A stretch of DNA of 64,000 bases from Felis catus. Lineage: Eukaryota. Location: the NCBI RefSeq assembly GCF_018350175.1, contig NC_058368.1, forward strand, positions 144,710,001-144,774,000, in the 5' to 3' direction. Under the pieces are notes generated by a model, which did not search any database, was not told where the DNA came from, and saw only the letters and a list, made by a program, of their open reading frames with translations. The position numbers and the translations under genes were made by a program. Below, one piece after another: positions 24,200 to 37,612 of this stretch (the stretch's first letter is position 1; each line of letters opens with the position of its first letter).

Positions 24200-25820
24200 T
24201 TTTCTTTTTCAGGTTTTTATTTAAATTCCATTTAGTTAACATACACTGCAATATTAGTTTCAGGTGTAGAATTTAGTGATCCATCACTTACTTACAACAT
24301 CCAGTACTCATCACAAGTGCTCTCCTTAAATACCTACCACCCATTTAACCCACCCCCTGCCCACCTCTCCTCCAGCAATCCTCAGTTTATTCTCTATAGT
24401 TAAGAGTCTGTTTTATGGTTTGCCTCTCTTTTTCCCCCTGCATGTTCATCTGTTTTATATCTTAAATTCCACATATGACTGAAATCTTACGGTATTTGTT
24501 TTTGAATGACCTATTTTGCTTAGTATGATATTCTCTAGCTCCATCCACATCATTGCAAACGTCAATGTTTCATTCTTTTGATGGCTGAGTAATATTTCAT
24601 ACAATATTACATATGTATGTATACATATATATACAGTATACATATAACAACTTTAAGTTTGAGAAAGATGGAGAAAGCAAGTGGGGGAGGGGCTAGAGAG
24701 AGGAGCAAAGAGAATCACAAGCAGGCTTTGCACTGCCAGCATGGAGCCTGATGTTGAGCTTGAGCTCATGAACCATAAGATCATGACCTGAGCCAAAACC
24801 AAGAGTAAGATGCTTAACCAACTGAGCTACCCAGGTGCCCCAATATACCTCAACTTCTTTATCCATTCATCAGCTGATGGACACTTGGGCTTTGTCCATA
24901 GTTTGACTATTTTTTTTTTTAATTTTTTTTTCAACGTTTATTTATTTTTGGGACAGAGAGAGACAGAGCATGAACGGGGGTGGGGCAGAGAGAGAGGGAG
25001 ACACAGAATCAGAAACAGGCTCCAGGCTCTGAGCCATCAGCCCAGAGCCCGACGCGGGGCTTGAACTCACGGACCGCGAGATCGTGACCTGGCTGAAGTC
25101 GGACGCTTAACCGACTGCGCCACCCAGGCGCCCCTAGTTTGACTATTATTGATAATGCTGCTATCAATATTGGGGGTGCATATATCACTTCAAATCAGTA
25201 TTTTTGTATCCTTTGGGTAAATACCTAGTAGGGCAATTGCTAGATCATAGGATAGTTCTTTTAACTTTGTGAGGAACCTCCATACTGTTTTCCAGAGTGA
25301 CTTTACTAGCTTGCATTCCCACCAACAGGGTTCCCCTTCTCTGCATCCTCATCAACATGTTATTTCCTGAGCTGTTAATTTTAGCCATTCTGACAGGTAT
25401 GAGGGGATATCTCATTGTACCTTTGACTGACATTTCCTGATGGTGAGTGATGTTGAGCATCTTTTCAATTATCCATTAGCCATCTGTATGTCTTATTTGG
25501 AGGAATGTCTATTCATGTCTTCTGTCCTTTTTTTAACTGGATTGTTTTTGGGGTGTTGTATTTTATAAGTTTTTGTACATTTTGGATACTATCTCTTTGT
25601 CAGATATGTAATTTGCAAGTATCTTCTCCCATTCCAAAGATTGCCTTTTAAGTTTTTTATCTTAAGTGCCAATAGTTCATTTTTGCTTTTGTTCCCTTGC
25701 CTCCAGAGATGTATCTAGTAGGAAGTTGCTACAGCCAACATCAAAGACTTTATTGCCTGTATTCTCCTCTAGGATTTTTATGGTTTCACATCTCACATTT
25801 AGGTCTTTCATCCCTTTTGA
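24200..25820 (-). mobile_element. Old L1 3' portion containing two SINEs
   Basis: L1 3' terminus near 24215; ORF2 C-terminal remnants 25245-25820. Confidence 0.85.
24650..25134 (-). mobile_element. Two Can-SINEs (~24650-24841 older; 24912-25134 young)
   Basis: Young copy has intact CpGs and TSD TAGTTTGACTATT. Confidence 0.9.
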
Positions 25821-27865
25821 AACTCAGAGTTTTCCCCTTATGATCAGGAACAAGACCAGATGTCCACTCTTACCACTTTTATTCAAAAAGTACTGGAATC
25901 CTAGCCACAGCAATCAGTCAAGGAAAAGAAATAAAACATCCAATTAGAAGGGAAGAAGTCAAACTGTCACTATTCACAGATGACATGATACTATACATAG
26001 AAAACTCTAATTACTCCATGAAAAAACTACTACGAATTCAATAAGGTTGCAGGATACAAAATCAAAATACAGAAATCCACTGCATTTCTATACCCTAATA
26101 ATGATGCAGCAGAAAGAGAAATTAAGAAAACAATCCCATTTACAATTGTCCCTCCCCTAATAATAAAATGCCTAGGAATCAACTTAACCAAGGAGGTCAA
26201 AGACCTATACTCTGAAAACTCTTAAGTCACCGATGAAAGAAATTGAAGATGACACAAACAAATAGAAAGATAGTCTATGCTCATGGATCGGAAGAATATT
26301 GCTAAAGTATCTATACTATCCAAAGCAATCTACAGATTTCATTCAATCCTTATCAAAATACCAACAGCATTTTTCACAGAGCTGGTATAATCCTAAAATT
26401 TGTATAGAACCACAAAAAACCCCAAATGGCCAGAGCAATCTTGAAAAAGAATAATAAAACTGGAGGCATTACAAACTCAGATTTCAAGATAAACTATAAA
26501 GCTCCAGTAATCAAAATAGCATGGTACTGGCACAAAAACAGACACACAGATCAATAGCATAGACCACAGAGCCCAGAAATAAACCCACAATTATAAGGTC
26601 GATTATTCTTTGACTAAGGAGGCAAGAGTACGCACTGGGAAAAAGTCTCTTCAACAAATGGTGTTGGGAAAAACTGGACAGCTACATGCAAAAGAATGAA
26701 ACTGGACCACTTACACTATACACAAAAATAAGCCCCAAATGAATTTAGGATATAAATGTGAGACTGGAAGCCATAAAAATCCTAGAAGAGAGCACAGGCA
26801 GTTTCTCTGAAACAAAAGCAAAAATAAACTACTGGGACCACATCAAATAAGAAGTTTCTGCACAGAAAAGGAAAGAATCAGCAAAACTAAAAGATGTACA
26901 ACCAAATGCGAGAAGATATTTGCCAATAATGTATCTGATAAAGGTTTAGCACTCAAAATCTATAAAGAATTTAATACAATTCAACACAAAAATACAAATA
27001 CTCCAATTGAAAAATAGGCATTTGAACAGACATTTCTCCAAAGTAGATATACAGATGGTCAACAGATACATGAAAAGATGCTCATCATTCCTCATCATCA
27101 GGGAATATAAATCAAAACCACAATGAGGTAGCACCTCTCACCTCTGAGAATGGCTAACATAAAAAACACAAAAAACAACTGTAGTAAGGGTGTGGAGAAA
27201 AAGAAACCCTGTTGCACTGTTGGTGGGAATGCAAACTGGTGTATCCACTGTGGAATACAGAATGGAGGCTCCTCAAAAAATTAAAAATAGAATTACCATA
27301 TGATCCAGTAAATTCACTACTGAGTATTTATCTGAAGAACACAAAAACACTAATTTGAAAAGACATATGCACCTCTCTGTTTACTGCAGCATTATTTACA
27401 ATAGCCAAATTATGGAAGCAGCCCAAGTGTCCACTGCTAGAAGAATGGATAAAGAAGACGTGATATATAAATACTACATTACTCAGACATAAAAAAGAAT
27501 GAAAGCTTGCCATTTGCAACAAAATAGATGGATCTAGAGAGCATAATGCTAAGTGAAATCAGAGAAAGATAAATCCTACATGATTTCACTCTTAAGTACA
27601 ATTTAAGAAACAAAACAAAGAAAAACAAAACAAAACAAAACACAGACTTAACTACAGAGAACTGACGGTTATGAGAGGGGAGGTGAGTGAGGGGGATGAG
27701 TGAAATACATCAAGGGGATTAAGAGTACACTTATCTTGATGAGCACTGAATAATGTATAGAATTGTTCTATACTGAGTAATGTATAGAACTGTATACTAT
27801 ATTGTATACCTGAAATGAATGTAACACTGTATACTAACTCTTCTGGAATTAAAAATTTAAAAACA
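25821..27865 (+). mobile_element. Old L1 3' portion (RT to 3' end)
   Basis: Degenerate RT region near 25970 and later ORF2; 3' end ...ctggaattaaaaatttaaaaa. Confidence 0.85.
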
Positions 27866-27919
27866 TAGTAAGTCAGGAGACTGATACCCTGAAGACACTG
27901 GAAAATGCAAAAATGCTCA

Positions 27920-28346
27920 TTTTTAAAAAATGTTTATTTTTAAGAGAGAGAGAGCGAGGGGCGCCTGGGTGGCGCAGTCGGTTGGGCGTCCGACTTCAGC
28001 CAGGTCACGATCTCGCGGTCCGTGAGTTCGAGCCCCGCATCGGGCTCTGGGCTGATGGCTCGGAGCCTGGAGCCTGTTTCTGATTCTGTGTCTCCCTCTC
28101 TCTCTTCCCCACCCCCATTCATGCTCTGTCTCTCTCTGTCCCAAAAATAAATAAACGTTGAAAAAAAAAAAAAAAAAGAGAGCAAGCAAGCAGGGAAGGG
28201 ACTGAAAAAAGGAAACAATCTGAAGCAGGCTTCAGGCTCTGAGCTGTCAGCACAGAGCCCAACATGGGGCTCAAACCCAGAAAACATGAGATCATGACCT
28301 GAGCCAAAGTTGGTCACTTAACTGATTGAGCCACCCAGGCACCCCC
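27920..28346. mobile_element. Nested SINEs: young + SINE (27958-28177) inside an older - SINE
   Basis: Outer TSD AAAAATGCT(C/G)ATTTT; inner copy inserted in the outer (GA)n tract. Confidence 0.9.
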
Positions 28347-29814
28347 TAAAAATGCTGATTTTGATAATAGTCTGAATCCTACTCAGTGAAAATAACAACA
28401 AAAAACTATGGATGCATGCAAAAAAAACTGATAAATCTCCAAAACATAAAAAAAAAAAAAAAAACCATTCAGCTAAGCCCAGGCAACCCAAATAATCATA
28501 AAAGATAATAAAATGGTCCTTGTTTTAAGTCATAAAAAGATACAGGGAGGACATTTTATAATTATACACATGTAAATCCACTAAGAAAACTTAAAAATTC
28601 TAAATATGTATCCATTTAGTAAGTTTCAAAATACATGAAGCCCAAACTGACAAAACTTAAAGAGGAAATAAACAAATACCCAACATTCCTTTCTCAGTAT
28701 TCCATAGGACAAGCTGACCAAGTATCAGGAAGAATTCAAAGGACTTAAACCTCAACTGTGTGTGGATCTGCAGGGAAAGCAGATGCCATGGCAGGATTCA
28801 ACATCAAAGTGCTATTTGTAGGAAGGAGCAGGAGAAGCAGATGTGTTTGAATCATGACACTAGACAGAAAAAAGGAAGTCCCACACTACAACACAGGTCC
28901 AGGAAAGTTTCATGCAGGCCAATGGGGGTCTTCACACCTGTTAGAAGAGTCATGCAACTCCTAAGGCAAGAATGGGCCTTGCTCATTTATGGGCTGCAAG
29001 CAGACCATGAGAACACTGGCCTCAGTACGAACATTATGGTTGATCCAGAGGGGCTGTACCTGGAGCTGTCAGTCAATTATGCCCCGGGCAAGAGAAGATC
29101 TCAGTAATACATTTTCACGGCCACTACCATCTACTCTTCGTATCATATACACTTACTTCTAGAAGAAGCTCCTCTGTGGCTTCCAGGAATCTCACTTCCT
29201 ACAGAAGATCTTAGAAGACAGGTTAGTGGTATGAACTAAATCCCCCTTGTTGCAACTGGTATTTCTCTTCAGCTGCATCCATTACCCATTCTAAATTTTC
29301 CTCATTTTCAACTATCACCTTGGCTGACGTTAGGGCCTTTTCTTCTGTGTGAGCAAAACCTTCAATCCTGAGGCCTTGGCAATTGCACCCTTTTTGCATC
29401 GGTCTTGTTTTACAATGTTACAACAATACAAGGGAGTACCAGGAGGTACTCCAAGTACCTCCAAGTGGACATCTGAATTCCACACCTATTTCTTCCTGTC
29501 CCTTTGTATAAAAGCAGCTCTGTACCTCCTTCTCCTGTCATGACTGATTATCCCTTCCACAAACGTGACCACTTCTCACTTGCTTGTACCCGGAAATAAA
29601 TTTCTTTTTCATTTCTGAATGTCAAAAAAAACTTCATAACTACTTTTTAAAATTTAAAATGGAATCAAGTCTAACTTTTTAATGTGAAGAGATATGTAGC
29701 TGTTGTTAATTATACTAGAATAAAACTTTGGTATAAATTATGGACTATCTATTGTATTTAATTCAATAATCAAGGTAGAAATGAAGTAATCACCATCTCT
29801 CCACATTAAAAATA

Positions 29815-30122
29815 CAGTTGACCCTTACACAATGTGGGGGTTAGGGGTGCCGATCCCCTGCACAGTCAAAAATCTATGTATAACTTTTGACTCCCTAAAA
29901 CTTAACTAGTAGCCTACTGTTGACCAGAAGCCTTATAGAGAGCATAGTCAATTAACACAGATTTTGTATGTTATATGTACTATATACCATATTCTTATAA
30001 TAAAGTTAGAAAAAAAAGTCAAGAATATCCTAAAGAGAAAATACATTCATAATATTCTACTAAAAAAATCTACATGTAAGTGGATCCATGCAGTTCAAAC
30101 TCATGCTATTCAAAGGTCAACC
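29815..30122. mobile_element. Tigger2-type (TcMar) MITE
   Basis: TA|CAGTTGACCCTT...AAAGGTCAAC terminal inverted repeats; body resembles recalled Tigger2a/MER28. Confidence 0.75.
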
Positions 30123-30756
30123 AAAATTATTTAATATAGGTAGGTAATTATACATGGGCTTATAATTTAATTGAGATACAAAGCATATATGAGGGAGGCT
30201 CAACACTCTCAAGAAAAAAAAAAGGTAAATAAATAGTCATCTGAGAATTAAACTAGAAAAATCTGCACATAATGGATACTAGTCATCTGGAAGACCAAAC
30301 CAAAGAACTCCAAGTCTACAATCAGGTGATTCAGAAGAAGCCAAATTAACTATATTTTATCCTTTCTGCAAAAAAACAAACAAAAGAACAACAATAACAA
30401 CAACAAAACTTATGTGAAGAGAAGGCGAATGGTTATCATGGAATCTAGAAAAGGGAAGGTCACATCTGGTGGATAGGCCTTTTACATCGCAAGAAAGCCC
30501 TTCCCAGTTGCTACTTATGCCTCAGTACTCTTGTTTCCTCCTCTGGTAGGGATGGCATTAGACCATTTGATTACCTGCTTTAGACCCCTATGTTTATTGA
30601 GTCACTTATCCTAGTGCTGTAAAAATGCCCACAAGAGAGGTCAAAGATTAAAGAGGTAGCACCATAATTACCTATCCTTTCTTTAAGAGTAACTTATGTT
30701 TGACAATGAGTAAATCAGTTTGAGAGCTATAACTAAGGAATTGTAAAAGCAGTATT

Positions 30757-31128
30757 TAAGAAGATGTGGTATATATATACAATGGAATATTACTCAGCCA
30801 TTAAAAAGAATGTAATCTTGTTATTTGACCACATGGATGGATCTAGAGGGTATAATGTTAAATGAAATCAGTCACAGAAAGGCAAATGCTCTATGATTTC
30901 ATTCATATATAGAATTAAAGAAAAAAAAGAAATGAACCAGTTTCTTAATATAGAACTTGTGGTTGCCAGAGGGGAAGTAGGTAGGGTAGGGAAGGAAACA
31001 GGTGAAATAGGTGAATGGGATTAAGAGTATACTTATGATGAGCACTGAGAAATGTATAGGATGACTGAATCATGTTGCACACCTGAAGCTAATATAATAC
31101 TGTAGACTAATTACACTTGAATTAAAAA
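30757..31128 (+). mobile_element. Short L1 3'-end fragment
   Basis: aagaagatgtggtatatatatacaatggaatattactcagcc through an L1 3' terminus similar to 27.45-27.86 kb. Confidence 0.8.
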
Positions 31129-33776
31129 TTTTACTTTTATGAATCTTAGAGCTACAGTGGAAATGCAATGAACTGATCCTGTTATTTGCTTTTTAACATA
31201 TACATCAGACTCCTTACTTTTCAAAAAGGCATTGGACTCATATAGGCTATCTGTATATTGAATCTGAAGATATGGGGAAGAAATGTTTTGTTTTAGCATC
31301 TCCACAAAAATATTTGTACAGAACTCGGTTGTATAAAAGCATCTCTGAAAATAGAAATCTATTTTAAATAACATAGGTGAGGTTCAAAAAGAAGACACTG
31401 GGCTCCTGGAATGTAAAAGCTGTGCTGAAGACATGGGCAAACATGCATGGAGTAGATGTAAACAGAGACATGTAATTTGCCATCATAGCCTGAATTACTG
31501 GGAACTCATCAGTACTGATGAGGCACTAACTACATTCCGGTGCACTTCAATCAGAACCAGATTATACCATTAAAATTAATGAAGCACCACAAGACTTTAA
31601 TGAGTAAAAGAGAGTTGGTTTTAAAGTCTTTTATGCATTTTATTCATTTCACAACAATTTGGTTGACAGTGCTATCACATTCCTCTTGTAAACAGGTAAG
31701 AAGTTTTAGTTACTAAAAGTTTTAAGTAACACACTATATTCAACACACTCCCTGGCACAACTGAACATTCACTTAAATGGTCTAATGCTTTAACTTAATT
31801 AAAACAGATCAATTTGTCTTTTGCCATCATGTCTGCCTTTTAAAAGAAACTAAACAACTGTTCTCTCTCAGATCCCAAATTTTCTCATTATACTGATGAG
31901 CTGTTTTTTCTCTTTTAAGCTCCTAGTACCTTTCAAGCCAATAAGGCCCTGTTTTTGTCTTTTCTAGAAGTAGACACATCATGAGTATGTGTGTGTCAGA
32001 GGTGGGAGATGGGGAAGGGAGCCCAACCACCTCCAAATAGGACTCCACTATGAGATTCAGCAGAATATTAAACTGGGAAGGACTGGTGAATATTTTTCAG
32101 GTATGAATGTACTTTAGCATGTACCTGAAAAATAAGAGAAGAATTAGTAGGCAACCACAGGAAGGTGACATGGCCGTATCTCTGAGCACAGGAAAGGGAC
32201 CAGACATTTTAAATCCTGGATCCAGTTCTGAAAAATGTAATGTTAGTTACGCTCCCCTTAAGTTTTTTCCCAGTGTAAATAACTATTACTGTGCACAAGT
32301 ATTAGTATATAATGAGTAGTACCATTCATAACTATCTGGGAAGCTTTAGAGCATAAAATGCTTAATAAATAGGATTTTCAAAAAGGGCTTTGTTCTCCAC
32401 AAATAATACTTTCTAAATTCAAATTGATAACTGATTTTTTATAAGAAAGGGAGATTATACATAGGTAACAACTTGATTCTTAAAGAACAGCTTCTTAAAC
32501 AGCAAATAAAAGAAAGATGTGAAAGCAAGCTTCAAGAGAATCAAAATGAAAACACTACTTTTAAAGGGTAAATATCATTTTTTCTATTTTGTAAATTGTG
32601 GTAAAATATACATAAAATTTACCATTTTAACCATTTTTAAGTGTACAATTAAGTGGTACTAAGCACACTCACAGTGCTCCATAACCAGCACCACTATCCT
32701 AAATAGGTTTTTAAAACAAATCCCCCATAACAGGAAAAGCAGCAACACTTAGAGATTGAAGACTGTAAAATCTGGTTTAAAAGAAGTCCCACTATCTGGT
32801 TTGCTTTCCTGCTCCAACACACATTGTTTAGATATCTAAAGGCAACATATGCCCAATATAGCTAATGTTCTATTTGAAAACTAGCGAGGGATAACCATAT
32901 TGAGCTGCTTTGGGCACACCTGGACACAATTCCACATTTGCCCTCCACTTATGCCTTGGGGTATTACTGGCTTAACTGTTTTTCTGGAGGTATGGACTGC
33001 TCAACTTGTCTTCATAGAACTCACCATTGTATGGTCACATCTTCCAGAATATACACAATATGATTTTATACATATTCCTAGTCCATAAATATTTCCTAAA
33101 ATATTTGCAGGACCTTTTCCCCAAGACCATTTATTTTCTATGCCAAACCTTTTGGGGGGCTACGTTTTCCCTACTATGTGGTGCTCTTACATTAGTTCAT
33201 CCTAAGTCATTTATGATTTTTTACCCAGAGACTTGAAGGTAGATTATTTCTTATGTAGTTATTAAATCTGTACTACACATTTTGATCACTTAGTTATGTT
33301 CACTTTCATCCTTTCTAAAGCATTAGCTTAAATTTTTCTCCCTCCCTCTGTGCACACACCTCATTTACCAAAGCATTTCAGCTTACTGGAGAGAATTATT
33401 AAATTGACTAGGGCTTTTTTACTGACTCCTTCCCATCACCTCTCTTATCTTCCTCCCCAGTTGTCTGCAACACATTCTACTGTGAAGTTTTCTAAAATCT
33501 CCCAGAAAGTATGAATTCATCTGTAATCTTTACTACAGTGTAATTATTGTGTAATATTAACTACATTATTGTGTAAATAAAAATTATTGTGTAAAATTAA
33601 CTACAGTGTAATTATTGACAATAATTACAGTGTAATTCCTTCACTTACTGCCTTACGAGTCGTTTATGAATCTGCATGCCTTACTCTCAAAGGCTATTGG
33701 GTAGACTCTGTCGTTTTTGTGTATCTAGCATTCAAGAAGGTACTGACATACAGTGGAGATTAAAAAAAAAAAAAAA

Positions 33777-34752
33777 GAAAACAATCAACAAAACTAAAAG
33801 GCAACCAACGGAATGGGAAAAGATATTTGCAAATGACATATCGGACAAAGGGCTAGTATCCAAAATCTATAAAGAACTCACCAAACTCCACACCCAAAAA
33901 ACAAATAATCCAGTGAAGAAATGGCAGAAGACATGAATAGACACTTTTCCAAAGAAGACATCCAGATGGCCAACAGGCACATGAAAAGATGCTCAATGTC
34001 ACTCCTCATCAGGGAAATACAAATCAAAACCACACTCAGATATCACCTCACGCCAGTTCAGAGTGGCCAAAATAAACAAATCAGGAGACTATAGATGCTG
34101 GAGAGGACATGGAGAAAAAGGAACACTCTTGCACTGTCGGTGGGAATGCCAACTGGTGCAGCCACTCTGGAAACCAGTCTGGAGTTTCCTCAAAAAATTA
34201 AAAATAGATGTACCCTATGACCCAGCAATAGCACTGCTAGAATTTACCCAAGGGATACAGGAGTGCTGATGCATAGGGGCACTTGTACCCCAATGTTTAC
34301 AGCAGCACTTTCAACAATAGCCAAATTATGGAAAGAGCCTAAATGTCCATCAACTGATGAATGGATAAAGAAGTTATGGTTTATATATACAACAGAACAC
34401 TACTTGGCAATGAGAAAGAATGAAATCTGGCCTTTTGTAGCAACATGGATGGAACTGGAGAGTGTTGTGCTAAGTGTAATAAGTCATAGAGAGAAAGACA
34501 GATACCATATGTTTTCACTCTTATGTGGATCCTGAGAAACTTAACAGAAGACCATGGGGGAGGGAAAGGGAAAAAAAGAGAGGGAGGGAGCCAAACCATA
34601 AAAGACTCTTAAAAACTGAGAATAAACTGAGGGTTGATGGGGGTGGGAGGAAGGGAAAAGTGGGTGAAGGGCATTGAGGAAGGCACCTGTTGGGATGAGC
34701 ACTGGGTATTGTATAGAAACCAATTTGACAATAAATTTCCTATTTAAAAAAA
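33777..34752 (+). mobile_element. Young 5'-truncated cat-type L1 (~1 kb)
   Basis: [22 protein letters not shown] to 3' UTR and short A tail. Confidence 0.93.
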
Positions 34753-35077
34753 TGCTTCTTCCTCACTTACCCCATTTTACAGGATTCGTAACTACAGACC
34801 TCCCACTGCTCCCTATGAAGGGACCATCTAGCTCCCAAATCAGGTAGCATTTCCTCAGACATAAGAGGAAGAGAACTAAGTACTCATTTCAGAGAGGAGA
34901 GCCTGGAAATCTCACCACTTACATCTAATTTAGCTTTAAGTATTCACTTGAAGCACTTGATGTCATACCGCTAAAAAGCATGATTAGGAACTTGAACTTG
35001 AGAGGTACACCAGAAGAGGGTTAGAGTTGAGTCAGAACGCCACGTTACTTTTGTGATTAATATTTCCAATGTTATTC

Positions 35078-35642
35078 TTTATTTTTTAATTTTTTATGTT
35101 TTATTTTATTTTTGAGAGAGAGAGTGTGAGTGGGGGAGGGGCAGAGAGAGAGAGAGAGAGACACAGAATGTGAAGCTGGCTCCAAGCTTCAAGCCGTCAG
35201 CACAGAGCCCAACGCGGGGCTCGAACTCATGAACTGTGAGATCATGACCTGAGTCGAAGTTGGACGCTTAACTGACTGAGCTACCCAGGAGCCTCCCAAT
35301 ACTATTCTTACTCATGTTTAAGCGAAGAATAAAGAAAAGATTCAAGCTTTTTCAGGGGAGAATATAAACGTCATATTATTCCTATTCCCTATTGCTTAGC
35401 CACCTCAAGCAACTTCCATTAATGGGTTTCTCTTATTAAACCCTTCAGATACAATTTTTTTCCATTTTTTTTTTAAGAGAGAGCATAAGCAAGGAAGAGG
35501 AGCAGAGGAATAGAGAGAGAATCTTAAGCAGGATCCATGCTCAGTGTGGAGTCTGATGCAGGGCTCAAGCCCATGACCCTAGGATCATGACCTGTGCTGA
35601 AATGGAACTGGACGCTCTACTGACTAGAGCCACCCAGACACT
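35078..35642 (-). mobile_element. Two Can-SINEs (~35078-35297 and ~35465-35642)
   Basis: Reverse-complement SINE bodies. Confidence 0.85.
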
Positions 35643-35922
35643 CTCTCTTCTGAAAGAAAGCAGTACTGCTTTTAACTTCCTGAGAAAACCAACACTGCAA
35701 TTGAAGAAATAAAAAAAATAAGGCCATATCCATGTGCATGTCAGGTAATAAAACTGTCAGTGTGACAGTCACTTAACTTCTCTGTCCTTTCATTTACTGA
35801 CCTGTAAAACAAGAATAGATTTTTTTAAAGGTATGTATTTCTATAAATCTGTATATATTGGAAATTCTCATGTGTGGTCTCAAAATTCTCATGTATTAAA
35901 AAACTGTTCAGTAAAAATTCTA

Positions 35923-36130
35923 GGGGGTACCTGGGTGGATCATTCAATTGGGTATCTGACTCTGGATTTTGGCTCAGGTCACTATCTCACAGTCATGAGA
36001 TAGAGCCCTGTGTGTAGTGTGGCATGGAGTGCAGAATCTGCTTGGGATTCTCTCTCCCTCTCTCTCTGCTCCTCCCCCTCTCATGTGCATGCTCTCTCTC
36101 ATGCATGTGCTCTCAAAGTTAATTTAAAAA
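35923..36130 (+). mobile_element. Older Can-SINE whose A tail hosts the 8.7-kb L1 composite
   Basis: GGGGGTACCTGGGTGG head; left flank AAAAATTCTA reappears as AATAATTCTA after the L1 (~44832-44841). Confidence 0.85.
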
Positions 36131-37612
36131 CTTAAAAAGATCAGGAGGAAGATGGCGGAGAAGGACACTGGGCTCACCACGTCCTGTGGATCACTTAGGT
36201 TCCACCTACACCTGCCTAAATAAGCCAGAAAACCACCAGAAGACTAGCAGAACAGATTCTCCAGAGTCAAGCGTAGACGAGAGGCCCACGGAAGAGGGAA
36301 GGAAGGGTGGAGAGACAGTGCACATTACATGGACTGGCGGAAGGGAGCCGGGGTGGAGGGGCAGCCTGCCAGCAAAGCAGACCCCCCCCCCCCCCCGCGA
36401 GTGTGGCTTGCAAAAGCAGAGGGGCCGGATGGAGTGTGTTCGGACAGCAAGCAGGACTTAACATCTGGAAGGTTATAAGCTAACAGCTCTGCTCGGAGAG
36501 GGGGAAGGCTGGAGGACAACGGGAGGGAGAGTTGTTGAGCCCCGGACAACAGAGTTCAGCTTGGTGGGGAACAAAGGCACTCGCCAGCTCCATCTCCCTT
36601 GCCCACCCCCCCAGCCAAAATCCCAAAGGGAACCAGTTACTGTTAGAGAACTTGCTTACACTGTGCAAACACCCAACACTGTGCTTCTTCGGATCCATCC
36701 CTTCAGCGGGTCTGACTCCTTCCCCGTGCTGCAGGGCCCCTCCCGAAGCGGATCTCCAAAGGAAAAGCATGCTGAGACTGCCCATCCCGCCCCTGTACAC
36801 CTTTCCGATCCACCCCAGCTAGTACGCCAGATCCCCAGCACCACAAGCCTGGCAGTGTGCAAGGAGCCCAGACGGGCCACGCCCCTCCACAGTGAATCCC
36901 ACCCCTAGGAGAGGAGAAGAGAAGGTACACACCAGTCTGACTGTGGCCCCAGCAGTGAGCTGGGGGCAGACATAGGGTCTGACTGCCGCCCTGCCGACCA
37001 ACGCAAGTTATTCAAAACAGCACAGGGGAAGTGCCCTGCAGTCCCGCAACACTCCAGGGACTATCCACAATGACAAAACGGAAGAAGTCCCCTCAAAAAA
37101 ACCTCCAGGAAATAACAACAGCTAATGAACTGATCAAAAACTATTTAAACAATATAACAGAAAGTGAATTTAGAATAATAGTCATAAAATTAATCGCTGG
37201 GCTTGAAAACAGTATAAAGGACAGCAGAGAATCCATTGCTACAGAGATCAAGGGACTAAGGAACAGCCAAGAGGAGCTAAAAATGCTACTAATGAGCTGC
37301 AAAATAAAATGGAGACAACCACAGCTCGGATTGAAGAGGCAGAGGAGAGAATAGGTGAACTAGAAGATAAAATTATGGAAAAAGAAGAAGCTGAGAAAAA
37401 GAGAGATAAAAAAATCCAGGAGTATGAGGAGAAAATTAGGGAACTAAGTGATGTACTAAAGAGAAATAATCTATGCATAATTGGTATTCCAGAGGAGGAA
37501 GAGAGAGGGAAAAGTGCTGAAGATGTACTTGAAGAAATCATAGCTAAGAACTTCCCTGATCTGGGGAAGGAAAAAGGCATTGCAATCCAAGATGCACAGA
37601 GAACTCCCTTCA

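Noticed and set aside
28760..29560. 115-aa ORF and possible ERVL-type LTR remnant
   Set aside because: No ATG start or domain; resemblance to an LTR family is too weak to name.
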